Below, piece after piece: positions 1-13,626 of a stretch of 52,078 nt of DNA. Position numbers and translations under genes: made by a program. The first letter of the stretch is position 1; every line of letters begins with the position of its first letter. Source of the stretch: Pachysolen tannophilus NRRL Y-2460. Its lineage: Eukaryota. The stretch lies in assembly GCA_001661245.1 (NCBI GenBank), contig KV454015.1, positions 1,217,759 to 1,269,836 of the forward strand. Direction: 5' to 3'. The notes under the pieces were generated by a model. It saw only the letters and a list, made by a program, of their open reading frames with translations, was not told the DNA's origin and made no database searches.

Positions 1-111
1 AGATACTGGACACTCATGAGGAAACTTGCTCGATTCCAAATCTTCAAGCCGATTGAGATAATTCTCAATCGGTATAGGATCAAACCACGTTTCGTAAACT
101 TCCAATGACAT
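1..111 (-). CDS. 5' end of a gene running off the left edge of the window, product unknown
   Basis: ATG at 111-109 follows an A-rich leader and opens 37 codons with no stop (MSLEVYETWFDPIPIENYLNRLEDLESSKFPHECPVS...) to the window edge. Too short to identify. Confidence 0.55.
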   Translation of the reverse strand, partial: MSLEVYETWFDPIPIENYLNRLEDLESSKFPHECPVS

Positions 112-553
112 TCAGATATTTTCTCTTTTTTTTTTTTTTTTTCCTTTCTAAAAGCTTTCTGAAATTTAATGAGCAACTTATCTACCACATTTTACTACCC
201 TTTAAATAAAATTAAACTGTTATAAAGAAAATAGAGTATTTGCTGTCTTTCGAAAAGCGATTTGGCTTAATTTTTTCTGTTTTTTTTTTTGGTCTGTGTT
301 TTTTATGTATCTTTTCGAGAGGGCTTATGAAACCATGTTTGATTGCTAAAAACATGGTTTTAATTGAAGTTCTTTATAAATTACTAGGAAATGATAGAAT
401 AATTAAAAGAAAGGTATACATGTATATAAGATTGATATTTCATCGATAGTGGTCATAAATAAATATATTAAATTAAGTGCATTAAGCAAAATAGAAAAAA
501 AGTACAAAAAATTGAATATTATAATATATGTGGGTACAAAATTAGATTATGAT

Positions 554-1501
554 TTATAAATACAACTTTCTTGTGTTGATAGTTTTTTCAAGAAGTCTCT
601 TTGTAGCATCCATTTCTTGCATCTTCATAGGCTTATCTAAGGTGTAGTCAATTCCCGCATTTTTGAATAGTTTTAAACTTCTTTCGTCTTGTAAACTTGT
701 AAAAGCGATTAGTCCAAGTGTTGATAATTCTTGAAATGATCTAATTTTTTCAGCCAATTGTAATCCAGTTATCAATGGCATTTCTATATCTAAAAAAATC
801 AAATCATAATCGAAATTTGGATTTATCTTTAAATCTTTATTTGGTGTAATGATAGATACTGATTTGTTGTTTTTGTTGTTGTTGTTGTTTATATCTTCAT
901 TATTTTTATATTTAAATACTTTATTTAAAACTTCTTGTGGGTATATTGTCGAATGTAAGATGCAATTATTATTAAACATTTTGTTTAAAATTTTTTTCAA
1001 AATCATTATATTTATTGGATTATCATCAACTATTAAAAATTTAAAAATTTTTGAATTAGATTGAACAAGTTCTGTTATTGAACATGATTTAAATGAATCT
1101 CTAATAAATCTATCATTAAATGATTCTAATGGTGGAGGTGATTCAGGTAAATGTAAAACATAATTATCAATCAACGAGGTTCGAAAATAAGGTTTAACCA
1201 AATCACTTAATGATACTGGTGATACTGGTGAAACTAATGGTGTTGGATAATGTGATTTGTGTTCATTGCCAAATGTCTTTTCAATACGAGAATGATTATG
1301 ATTATGGACCAGATCAGTTGCAGTGGAACAATGCAAAGTTGAAAATGCAAGTGACCCATCACATTCAGCGGTATCTTTTCTCTTTGGTGAAAACCTATGT
1401 TTTTTCAATTTCATGGCTTTAACAACAAGATTTTCTTTTAAATCCATAGGTGAAGCCAGTTCAATATTATTGACTTGTGCATGATCATGAAAAGTATCCA
1501 T
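554..1501 (-). CDS. SRR1: Two-component response regulator with C-terminal receiver domain (Srr1/Crr1 type)
   Basis: 315 aa. Receiver motifs FLIVDDNPIN, DLIFLDIEMP (phospho-acceptor Asp), AFT and GIDYTLDKP. Disordered Ser/Pro-rich N-terminus, no output domain and a ...INTRK ending resemble Candida Srr1 rather than Ssk1/Skn7. Confidence 0.8.
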   Translation of the reverse strand: MDTFHDHAQVNNIELASPMDLKENLVVKAMKLKKHRFSPKRKDTAECDGSLAFSTLHCSTATDLVHNHNHSRIEKTFGNEHKSHYPTPLVSPVSPVSLSDLVKPYFRTSLIDNYVLHLPESPPPLESFNDRFIRDSFKSCSITELVQSNSKIFKFLIVDDNPINIMILKKILNKMFNNNCILHSTIYPQEVLNKVFKYKNNEDINNNNNKNNKSVSIITPNKDLKINPNFDYDLIFLDIEMPLITGLQLAEKIRSFQELSTLGLIAFTSLQDERSLKLFKNAGIDYTLDKPMKMQEMDATKRLLEKTINTRKLYL

Positions 1502-2908
1502 TGCTAAAGATACTTTAGCTAAGGATTATTATTTAATTATTAACAAAACAGAAATTAATTACACCGACAAAAAAAAAATTAAAAAAAAAAAAAATTCAAA
1601 CTATTCATTCATTTATACCTTTACAAGATAACAAACAACAACAGTATTATCACGAAACGGAGATTTCTTGCGAAATGATAAAAATATTTATTTACTTTAA
1701 GATGCGAAATGTTTTATTTAAAAGCTAATTCACATAGGTAAAAAAAAAAAAAAAAAAAAGAAAAAGAAAAAAAACTCAAGAATATCTTGTTGCTATAATA
1801 TTGACATTTAAACTATTCTAGAATCGGCAGCATCTGTTGAATCTCCTGCATCTTTAACCATTTTTTCCTCATCAATCACTCCGGAGAACTCTGGAACCGT
1901 CCCAGGTCTTTATCTTTTCTGCAGGAATATGCAACATATTAGGGACACATTCAGAAAGATTGTCATAGCAACTTTAACAATTTAGACGCACTTGCATAAA
2001 TTTAAACAATAAGTCCACAAGTTTACTTACTATTTCCCCGCCTAAGCACATGAATTTTTTTTTTTTTTTGATTTTTGTCCCATAAATTTTTAAAAAGAGA
2101 TAGATAGATACATAGATAGATTAAAAAAAGCGAAAAATTAGTTAGCAAAATAGGGTTTGGAGGGGATTGGATATTGAGGCAAAAATAAAAAAAATCAAAT
2201 TCATTTCTCATTTATCATTTCAATTCAACTAAATTATTCTTATCAAAGAAATTAGTGGGTTTATTCATTAATTGAAAAGCAGATTGTGCAAAAAAAACAA
2301 GAAAAAAAAAAATTTCTTTTTAAGAATGTATATTGTATTGGGCGTAGGTTCTAGAAAAAAAATTTTTTTTTTTTTTTTTTCAAAATTATCAGCTAATTAT
2401 GATAAAAAAAAATTTATAGATCGTACTTCTAAAGGAAAAAATCAAAATGAGATGAGACTCACTTACTTACCTACAGATCGAATAAGTAAGTAAATAAATA
2501 AATAAATAAATAAATAATAAATTAAGCGAGTGAGAGGTATTTGAGATTTTTACTTGGTACAAAATAAATGTAACTAAATTATTTATTTGGTGGTCAGATT
2601 TGGAATTTTTACCCGTAATTACCTGTTATAAGAAGGGCTCGGCCGGATGATCTTCTCCTTCTTTTTAGTTTTTCGCAAATTTTTTGCAATTTTTCCCGTG
2701 TGCCAAGCGCGCCGGCTTTTGAGGGCGGCCGTTTGGGATTCTCCCGATCACCCTCGTTTCTTTTTGGGTGGAATTCAAGATGAGCCAAGCCAGCTAGCTG
2801 GAATGGAAATAGTAATAGTAATAGTAATAATCAAGTTATAAGATTGAAAGCTAGTTATTTAATTGAATTGATAATAATAACAATAACAACAAAGTCATTG
2901 TGGAGAAG

Positions 2909-3667
2909 ATGTCTGTTAACGTTTTTTCATATGCTGATTCGCAAGATGTTGCAAATTCTGTTGCAAAATATATTATAAATGTTCAAGATAAAGTTTTATC
3001 TAGTAATTCTTCTTCAACTTTCAAAATTGCTATATCTGGTGGTTCATTAGGTAAAGTATTGAAAAAAGGTTTAATTGATAATACTACAAATTTTGATAAG
3101 ATTCAATGGGAGAAATGGGAAGTTTTCTTTAGTGATGAAAGATTAGTTCCATTACATGATGAAGATTCAAATTATGGATTATTTTATGAAATGGTTTTAA
3201 AAAATTTAGAATTGAAAAATGTTAAATTAGGCAGCGTACATACTATTAATGAAAATTTACTTAAAAAAGATGGATCAACAGATTCTCAAATTGCTAATGA
3301 ATATGCAAAAATTTTACCTCCATCAATTGATTTAATCTTATTAGGATGTGGTCCAGATGGTCATACTTGTTCTCTTTTCCCAAATCATCCATTATTAACA
3401 GAAAGATCAAAATTAATTGCAAATATTTCAAATTCACCTAAACCTCCTCCAAGAAGAATTACATTCACTTTCCCGGTTTTGGAACTGGCACATAATATTG
3501 CCTTTGTGGCAGAAGGTGCTGGTAAAGCACCTATTTTACAAAAAATTTTTTCTAAAGAAAAATCTGGTCTTCCATGTGAATTAGTCAATCAATTGAATGT
3601 TTCTGTTAATTGGTTTGTTAATGATGAAGCAATCAATGGAGTTTCTGTTAATGCTTCAAAATACTGA
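2909..3667 (+). CDS. SOL3: 6-phosphogluconolactonase
   Basis: ISGGSL, FFSDERLVP, DSNYG, LLGCGPDGHTCSLFP and PKPPPRRITFT motifs. First ATG is at 2909 (the ORF track starts at an upstream GTG). 252 aa, ends -SKY. Confidence 0.92.
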   Translation: MSVNVFSYADSQDVANSVAKYIINVQDKVLSSNSSSTFKIAISGGSLGKVLKKGLIDNTTNFDKIQWEKWEVFFSDERLVPLHDEDSNYGLFYEMVLKNLELKNVKLGSVHTINENLLKKDGSTDSQIANEYAKILPPSIDLILLGCGPDGHTCSLFPNHPLLTERSKLIANISNSPKPPPRRITFTFPVLELAHNIAFVAEGAGKAPILQKIFSKEKSGLPCELVNQLNVSVNWFVNDEAINGVSVNASKY

Positions 3668-3856
3668 GAAAGAAAAAAAAAAAAAAAAAAATGTTGAAGA
3701 AAGTACATTAGTAAATAAATGAGGTTTAACTCTAATGGAATTAATTTTTCATTTGAATATATATAATATATATTTTCTCTACAAAATAAATTCTGTTACG
3801 ACTTTTGATCTCTTTATAAATATTTTAATTTAGAAAAATGCAAAATGAAAATGCAA

Positions 3857-3910
3857 AAAAGCAAAAAGCGAAAAGCGAAAAAAGCAAAAAGCGAAAAGCG
3901 AAAAAAGCAA
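3857..3910. repeat. Short tandem duplication (~23-nt unit GCAAAAAGCGAAAAGCGAAAAAA x2) in the convergent SOL3/PSD2 terminator region
   Basis: Visible directly in the sequence. Confidence 0.6.
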
Positions 3911-3954
3911 AAAAAAAAAAAACAAAAATGATTGAATAAATATTAAAAATAACC

Positions 3955-6900
3955 TCATTTTTTCTGAATTACAGAACTTGTATCCGATGTATCGTCATCG
4001 TCGTCGTCTTCGACATCATCATCATCATCGTCATCATCATCTATTTCTTGAATCCCATCCAAAACATCTAAGCCTTTCAACAAAATTTCGTCTTCCTCAT
4101 CAATTGATAAGTTAGAAGCCTCCCAACTTAATTCTTTCAAACTGATCTTATCAAAAATTTCACTCATATTACCATCACCTCCAGTGAAAACTCTTTTTTG
4201 TTCTTCCTTTGGTGTAACTTCAGTAAAACGATTAGCTCCACCACCAGTGATTGTCCTGATGATCTTCAATTTTGACTCTTCTGGTTCTTCATTAAAATCA
4301 GTCAATTCTCTTTTGTATTCTTCAATTGAAGGATGATGTCCAATTGACATACCAACCCTAACCAAAGTTTCTATAGATTCTTTTGAATTTTTAATCAAAT
4401 CACTATCAAATTTAAATCTATTTTTCTCAAAAACTAACAAAATCGTAGAACCACCAAATTTGAAATATCCAACTTCATCTCCTCTTTTAATCAGGTCACC
4501 TGCTTTAACTGTTAACCTAATAGACAGAACTAACATAGCACCTACCGGAATCATTATTACCGTACCAAATTGTTTAGTTTCGATTGGAATAATACAACGA
4601 ATATTTTCCCCAAATACATCTAACTCTGATCTTACAGCCATTGGATTCACAGTAAAATATTCTCCTTCAATAAATTTTGGTTCACCAACTATCCCATCAC
4701 AAGGAGAATGAAATCGATGATAATCTTGTGGAGCAAGTCTAAATATACCAATTGATCCATTTTCGAACTTATTTATATTTGATGGTAAGTAACCTTGCCC
4801 GTTTTTATAAAATAATTTTTCAATAGTAAAACCTCTACCTTTTATCCATATTGTTTTTGCCAACAAAACGTCATCAAAGACTGTACAACGAGAATCAGCA
4901 GGTGAAGTCAAGATAAGAGGATCTGATGATTCCAATGGCCTAGCCCCCAGTTTTAATCTTCTGAAAAAAAATTCATTGAAAGTCTTATAATAGTCAATAT
5001 CTGTATATAAGCAATCTGAAAGATCTAAACGATGAAATTGAATAAAGGATGCAATTTGAGAAGCTGATTGAACACTATCAAATTTCAGTCCTTGTTTATA
5101 TGATAAGTTTTTCAATAGTTTTTTCATTTTATTTTTTTCAATTGTCTTATCAAAAATACTTTTGTAAAAAATTCGAATTCCTAATCTAACATATATGTTC
5201 ATCTTTTCTTCCAAAATATAACCAGTGTTACGATCTTGAACTAGAATATTAGCTGAGTTTTTGCCAATGCCGTATTTACCATAAGTGAGCTTTATTAGTG
5301 CTTTAGAGTACCATCTTTTTGTAGCAAACTTCTGCGAAGCATAAGAAGGTTTTAATAACTTATTGACAGTAGACCAATCTTTGGATGCACATATAGCAAC
5401 ATGTGTGATAATATCCAAATCTTGTTTATCAGATAATCTTTTCTTGTTGCAAATAGGGCATCTTTTAATTTTTAAAAGGTATCCAACATTAGTGGCTGGA
5501 TTTAAAGAAGAAGATGTACCATAATTTTCCTTTTCCTTACTTGATAAACCTTCCAAACATTCAACAACTTCATCTAAAGTTAAGGAATCGCCAATCCAAG
5601 GATTTTTATTATATTTGTAAAAAAAAGAGCATATCACATCTTCATTCAAACCTGAGCCGAGAGATTGTAGGAAACAATCCAATTGTAAAATATCAAGTGA
5701 ACCTAACTCTTCCTGATCATAATTAATTAATAAATTTTTCCAAAATTCTTTTCTTAATTTATCATAAGGTTCAAATCTTGCTCTAATTTTCAATATTGGA
5801 TCATACGAATTTTCCTTTTTAGTCAATTTTTTTAAAGAATTATTTAATTCTAATGATAATTCAAAAGTTTTAAATTTTGTCTTATCCGATAATTGATTTA
5901 TATTTTTATTTGGATTTTTACCAATCAATTTTTTCTTTCTCTTGACATTAATATCATGAGCAAAATCAACCAAAGATATATTAGAACTTTCTTTATTTAA
6001 ATAAGTTTCCAAACTTTGTTCGTCTAATAATAATGCTGCAGGTATTGATGTCATTGCCACTTTATCATGGAAAGAAAAATGGTCTTTATCTAGAATATCA
6101 AATTTGATTTCATAATTTTTTTCAAAAGGTAAAACTTCAAATGCAAGTCTTTCATTAAAAATTGGTTGTAAAGTATGAGATCTCCAAGAAGTTCTAAATA
6201 CTCTTCTACCGAATGAAACTATTACAAAAGGGTCCATATCAAAACCAGTTCTTGTAAAACTTTTAAAAGGAGGCAATGCTGAAGCAGAGATAATTTCCAA
6301 AAAGATAATACCTAAAACTTCTCTCTCTGTGGAAAATTCATAATCATGAACACTTTTTCTAGTTTTTTTCATTTTGAATTTTGACCTTGAAGTAGAAGGT
6401 TTATCCACCAGGGAATAAACATTTGAAGTTGTTGCAGAGCCATAATCAGAAGTATAGTTATTATCAGTGTCAAATTCTGGAAATGTTGATAAGTGTTGTG
6501 CTGAGTCAAGATGTAACGAAGTTGGATGTTTCAAATGTGGAGATGAGATTATTGTCTGTGCAGTCGTTCTTGGTGACAAGAGAGGATTATTGGGGGATTT
6601 TGACAAAGCTTGTTGCTGTATGACGTTTTCATCATTTTGAGACGATATTAGTGATGGACTATGTATATTAAGAGAATCCAGTGGTGAATAATTATCAGTT
6701 GTATTTATTTCTATTTCTTTTTCTTCACTTTCAATTGATTCACTATCTGTCACGTAACCATCCTCATCAATAGCATCTAAATAAAAACCTTGTTCATCTG
6801 GAATTGCCAACTGCTTCAAATGACTAGTATGGATCATTGTAGATTCTAAATATGCATTCCATTGAGACATCAAACTTTTCTCTCCCAATTTATTATTTTC

Positions 6901-7519
6901 AATCATAGCACATTCAGCATTATTACCACCACTTATCATTTCACTTTGATTTTCATAATATTTTTTTTTTTCCTTCTTTTCAATTCAAATTTTATGCATA
7001 CTGATCCAGTTACAAATCTCTTTTCTGCTTTTGAAGAATATAACCGGTACCATTCATAATCTTGATTTATAGGTAAATCACTTAAATGTATGCGTAATTC
7101 TCCCAAGTATTCCAATTGTTGTTTTCTTTGTAAATCAGCAATCACCACCGTTAACAACGGAGAAATACCTTCTCTATATAACTTAAGTTTAACTTTGGAA
7201 TTCCAAAAAGATCGAGACCCATTTTTCTGTCTTGATAATTTCTTTTGTGATGGAGGTAATATCACATACCCTACTGGATTTATACTTTCATTCAACTCCG
7301 GATGAACCAAATCTCGTGTCTTAAAATAAAAAATGAAAAATTATAAATAAATATATTTTTTTATTTATATATAGTTAGTATTTATTTCTCTCATCATCAA
7401 TATTTAATACTTAATATTTAATTAACTCTTGTTACCAATCAATTACTCACTTCTCTAACAAAAACTTCCAAAATTAGGTCATAATTCCTTTTCTTCCTAT
7501 TCAAAGATCTCAACTTCAT
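3955..7519 (-). CDS. PSD2: Phosphatidylserine decarboxylase 2 (C2 domains, EF-hand-like region, PSD domain); one intron and one apparent frameshift
   Basis: Exon 1 7519-7451 (MKLRSLNRKKRNYDLILEVFVRE). Intron 7450-7320 (GTGAGT...TACTAAC at 7380-7374...AAG). Exon 2 encodes the first C2 domain (ORF 6936..7310) and switches frame at the T11 run 6961-6971 into ORF 3955..6939. That ORF has FDMDPFVIVSFG (C2), SPADSR, FRLAPQDYHRFH and the autocatalytic FGGST motif. Confidence 0.9.
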
Positions 7520-9482
<1,963 letters not shown>

Positions 9483-9627
9483 AGATTTTTAAGAATAATA
9501 CGCTATTTGATATACATACTTTATTTTTTGAACACTTTTATTATGAACTAGAAAGAAAAAAAAAAAGAAAAAAATTTTTTTTTTTCTCCTCTTCTTCTTC
9601 TTCTTCAAGAAAATCTACATAATTCTA

Positions 9628-10481
9628 TCAAGATTCTGGTTCATCTGCTTCATTTTCCAGTAATTGTTCAATTATCTTGGCAGTCTCTTCATCTTTGTAA
9701 ATTCTAAATCCATGTTCTTTAGTAACACTAGCTAATTGAGCATTATTTGAATCCAATTTTTCTTCCATCACCTGTTTTAATACTTTTAAAATTAATAATT
9801 CTGCTTCTTTTAAAGTTAAACTACTATGATACTCATTTTGTAATTCAGATTGTGCACCTTCTGAACCTGAACCAATTGCTTTGGCGTCATATCTATAAAA
9901 AGTACCACTTGGCTCTGCATGATATAACTGAGGCCCATTTTCTTCATCAATACCAGCAATTAATAAAGCAACACCAAAAGGTCTTGACATTAATCTTTTT
10001 TCTCCAGAAGCGCCTTCGCCAAACCTTAACGCTAAATCACAAACAGATTGTGTTAAACTTTCAACCCCAATTTTTTCATCATAATACAAATTATGGTTTA
10101 AAGAAGAAACTCTAGCATGATCTATCATACTTCTTGCATCTGGTGTTAATCCAGACATTGCACATCCTATATGAGTGTCGATTTCTACAATTTTCTCAAT
10201 TGAAGAAGACTCTAATAAGGAGGAAGTAACTTTTTTCTCAACTCCCAATACAACACCTTCAGAGGTCGCTATTCCAATTGCTGTTGATCCAAGCTGAACA
10301 TTCAAAAAAAAAAAAAAAAGTTAAAACAACAGTTAGTTAACAATGGCCTTAAATTATTTTTTTAAATCTTGCAAAATATACATACCTTAATTGCCTCTGA
10401 AGAATATTCAACTTGAAATAATCTCCCTTCTGGAGAAAATGTACTAACTCCACGGTCATATTCACTTCTTGTTAAAAACAT
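9628..10481 (-). CDS. PUP2: 20S proteasome alpha-5 subunit, one intron
   Basis: Exon 1 10481-10386 ([32 protein letters not shown]). Intron 10385-10294 (GTATGT...AACTAAC...CAG). Exon 2 10293-9628 (LGSTAIGI...[12 protein letters not shown]...[10 protein letters not shown]). 253 aa. Confidence 0.96.
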
Positions 10482-10976
10482 TATCAATTGACAAGATATG
10501 TGAAATTTCAAAGGAAAACAACAAACAAAGTCAATAAAAGTTCACAAATAAAAAGGATTTCCTGTCGTCTTTTAAATATATATATATATATATCAATCAA
10601 ATATAAAAGTGGCAATCTCTTTTATTTTCTTGTGTTGTAATTGATCGTGTTTAAAATCAATAACTTGATATTTCAAACACGACAGTTTATTTTAAAACAT
10701 TTTTTATTGTAGTCGAGAAAGATAAAAAACCGACAACGACAAAACGGAAGAATATAAATAGGGATATTTATATATTGTTGACTAGCAATTTGTAAGATCG
10801 TAGAAAAGGTGTATCATCATAGCTAAACTAACTAATAACAAAAAAAAAAAGAAAAACAAAAACAAAAACGGAAAATTATTGAAAGCAAGTCTTCTAAAAA
10901 AAAAAGGTTTCTTGAAGGACTTCAAACAACTACTATATAAGAAAACTCATTAAAATATATATGTGTATGAGTTTAA

Positions 10977-12517
10977 TTATAATTCGAATGAGACCTTGAC
11001 ACCAACTTCTCTAGCCTTTTGGATAATATCAGATAATTGCACAACTTTTTCAGCAGCAGAATCTAATTCTTCAAAAGCAAAGATTTTTAATCCAGAATTT
11101 TTAATTAATTCTTTTGCTTTACCGACATTAGTACCTTGTAATCTTGCAACGATTGGGATATCCAATTTCAAGTTGTGAGCCGCAGCAATCAAACCTTCAG
11201 CGACATAATCACATCTAACGATACCACCAAAGATGTTAACAAAGATACCAGTTACATTAGCTTCAGTCAAGATCAATTTAAAAGCAGTTTCAATTGTTTC
11301 TGGGGTAGCACCACCACCACAGTCCAAGAAATTTGCTGGCTTACCACCGTACAATTTAATGATATCCATGGTTGCCATGGCCAAACCAGCACCATTGACT
11401 AAACAACCGATATTACCATCCAACTTGATAAAGTTTAAACCTGATTTTGCAGCAGTGACTTCATCTGGGTCTTCCTGAGAAACATCTCTCCAAGATGCAA
11501 CATCTTTTTGACGGAATAAAGCATTATCATCAAATCCAAACTTTGCATCAATACACAAAACCTCGTGGTCAACAGTTTCAGTCAATGGGTTGATTTCAAT
11601 TTGAGTTGCATCTCTTTCAGCAAAACATTTATACAATTTTTGAATTGTATCTTCAGCTTGAGGAATTGCCTTTGGTGAAAAACCTAAACAAGCAGCAACT
11701 TTAGAAGCCAATTCTGGAGTAACTCCTTTATTAATATCAATATCAAAAGTCTTAATAGCATCTGGATTTTCTTTTGCAACCCCTTCAATATCCATACCAC
11801 CTTCAGAAGAAACAACAATCATTGGTGTCTGATTTGTTCTATCCATAATAATTGATAAATAAGCTTCTTTTCTTGCAAATTTTCTTTCAACAATAAATAC
11901 AGCAGTGACTTCTTTACCTGCAGCACCTGATTGTTTAGTTATCAATTTATGATGTAACATCTCACCAGAAACTTCTTTTACTTGTTCTGGTGAAGAAACT
12001 AAATGCACTCCTGATTTATAACCAGTTTCAAAATGACCTTTACCTCTACCACCAGTCAAAGCTTGGGCTTTAACAACCAAATCGTAAGAATTGAGCTCCT
12101 TAGCAATTGCATAGGCTTCTTCAGGAGTTTTGGCAGCTGCACCTTTTGGAACACCAATTCCATACTGAGAAAAAAAAAAAGAAAAAAATCAAGTAAAATA
12201 AAACTAGTTAGTATATATTCAAGACATCAATTCAATATAAACAGCAAACAAAAAAAAAAAAAATAAAAAATTTAAAAACTTACCTGTTTCAACAACGCAG
12301 CAGAACGATACTCATGAAGAGACAAATTTCTCAATTGTCCATAAGTCGGAACCTATAATTGTATATGAATGTTAGAAATATCCTGAAATCAAATCAAATC
12401 AATTTTTTTTTTTTTAAAGATAACAACAACAATCTTTTTCAATTTCTCTCAATCTCATAGATAAGTACTTACTTTAGTTAATCTAGTCAATGCAATTCTG
12501 GAGTTTCTTGGAATCAT
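10977..12517 (-). CDS. LSC2: Succinyl-CoA ligase beta subunit, mitochondrial, two introns
   Basis: Exon 1 12517-12473 (MIPRNSRIALTRLTK, presequence-like). Intron 12472-12353 (GTAAGT...TTCTAAC...TAG). Exon 2 12352-12284 (VPTYGQLRNLSLHEYRSAALLKQ). Intron 12283-12165 (GTAAGT...TACTAAC...CAG). Exon 3 12164-10977 with KAQALTGGRGKG, GCLVNGAGLAMATMD and NIFGGIVRCD. 433 aa. Confidence 0.96.
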
Positions 12518-12753
12518 TTTTTTTTTTTTTCTAATAATGATTGTCTTTATCAAATGAGGAGAATATCAAAAAATAGGGATTTTTTTTTTATTAAAAAACA
12601 ATTGATGAAAATTGATCAATTAAAACTATATATATATTTTAAACAAAATGTCTATATTTCCTATTGTACTGGTTGAATGGATCTAAGTTTTCCGGCAGAA
12701 TTGGAAAATTAAGTGAAAAAAATATATATATATATAATACCCCAGGAAAAAAA

Positions 12754-12820
12754 GCGGTACGCGTTCCGTTGTTTTTATGCGGTACGCAAAAGCTTTTAAC
12801 TCAAGTTAAGTGCGGTACGC
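12754..12820. promoter_or_regulatory. Three exact copies of GCGGTACGC in the divergent LSC2/NOP19 promoter
   Basis: Copies at 12754-12762, 12779-12787 and 12812-12820. The first overlaps an ACGCGT (12759-12764). Confidence 0.55.
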
Positions 12821-12961
12821 TTCTATATTGCGCTTTTAAAAGTATTTTTGGTGCACTGTTTATACGCGATTAAATTGCCAAATGTGTGGTGTGAGGTGTA
12901 TGCAAATTACTCTACTGAAAAAAAAAAATGAAAAAAAAAAAAATTTTTTTCAATCAATCCG

Positions 12962-12994
12962 TATAGATATAGATATAGATAGATAGATAGATAG

Positions 12995-13031
<37 letters not shown>
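12962..13031. repeat. (GATA)n-like plus (TA)n microsatellite just upstream of NOP19
   Basis: Visible directly in the sequence. Confidence 0.85.
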
Positions 13032-13037
<6 letters not shown>

Positions 13038-13053
13038 TTATAAATTATAGGTC

Positions 13054-13626
13054 ATGTCGAAGAATAATCATAAATCTATAAAGCAGAAGCAGGAACTTCA
13101 GGCAAAGTTCCAACTAGCTGTGAGTCAAGCAAATGAGAAAATAATGTCATGGATAAAACCTTTAGGAAACTCATCACCATCAACGGCTCATGTACCTTCT
13201 TCATCAATTTTAAAAAATGAAAAAGAAAATAATTTTTTCCAATTACCAGTGATACGACAAGGTTCGGGTTTATCATTAGATGAGAGTAGTAATAATAAAG
13301 AAGAAATAAATACCATAGGAGATTTTATTAATGGGAATAAAAAAATATCATTATTAAATAAGAAAAAACCCATCAATAATAATAATAATAATAATAGTAG
13401 TGGGATTTATAAAAAAAAAATTATTAATCAAAATGATAACAGGGCTACTATTGCTTTAAAAAATAAAATGAGGAAAACGAGTAGAGAAATTTCGAAAAAA
13501 AATCGGGAATTAAATTTTTTAACTAAACCTGCTATTATTTCAAATAATGACGTTATTGATGACAGTAGTGATGAAGAAGAAAAAATTGTTAAAAGTACAA
13601 AGAAGAAAATAAATTTACTTATTTGA
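13054..13626 (+). CDS. NOP19: Nucleolar 90S pre-ribosome factor Nop19
   Basis: ELQAKFQ..., FFQLPVIRQGSGL, TIGDFINGNKKIS, IALKNKMRK and SDEEE...STKKK match recalled blocks of S. cerevisiae Nop19 (Ygr251w). Location near GCN5/PUP2 matches that gene's neighbourhood. Confidence 0.82.
   Translation: MSKNNHKSIKQKQELQAKFQLAVSQANEKIMSWIKPLGNSSPSTAHVPSSSILKNEKENNFFQLPVIRQGSGLSLDESSNNKEEINTIGDFINGNKKISLLNKKKPINNNNNNNSSGIYKKKIINQNDNRATIALKNKMRKTSREISKKNRELNFLTKPAIISNNDVIDDSSDEEEKIVKSTKKKINLLI

Noticed and set aside
11505..11535. LSC2 DDNALFRQ (Leu where some yeasts have Ser) as evidence for CUG-Ser
   Set aside because: The codon is TTA, not CTG.
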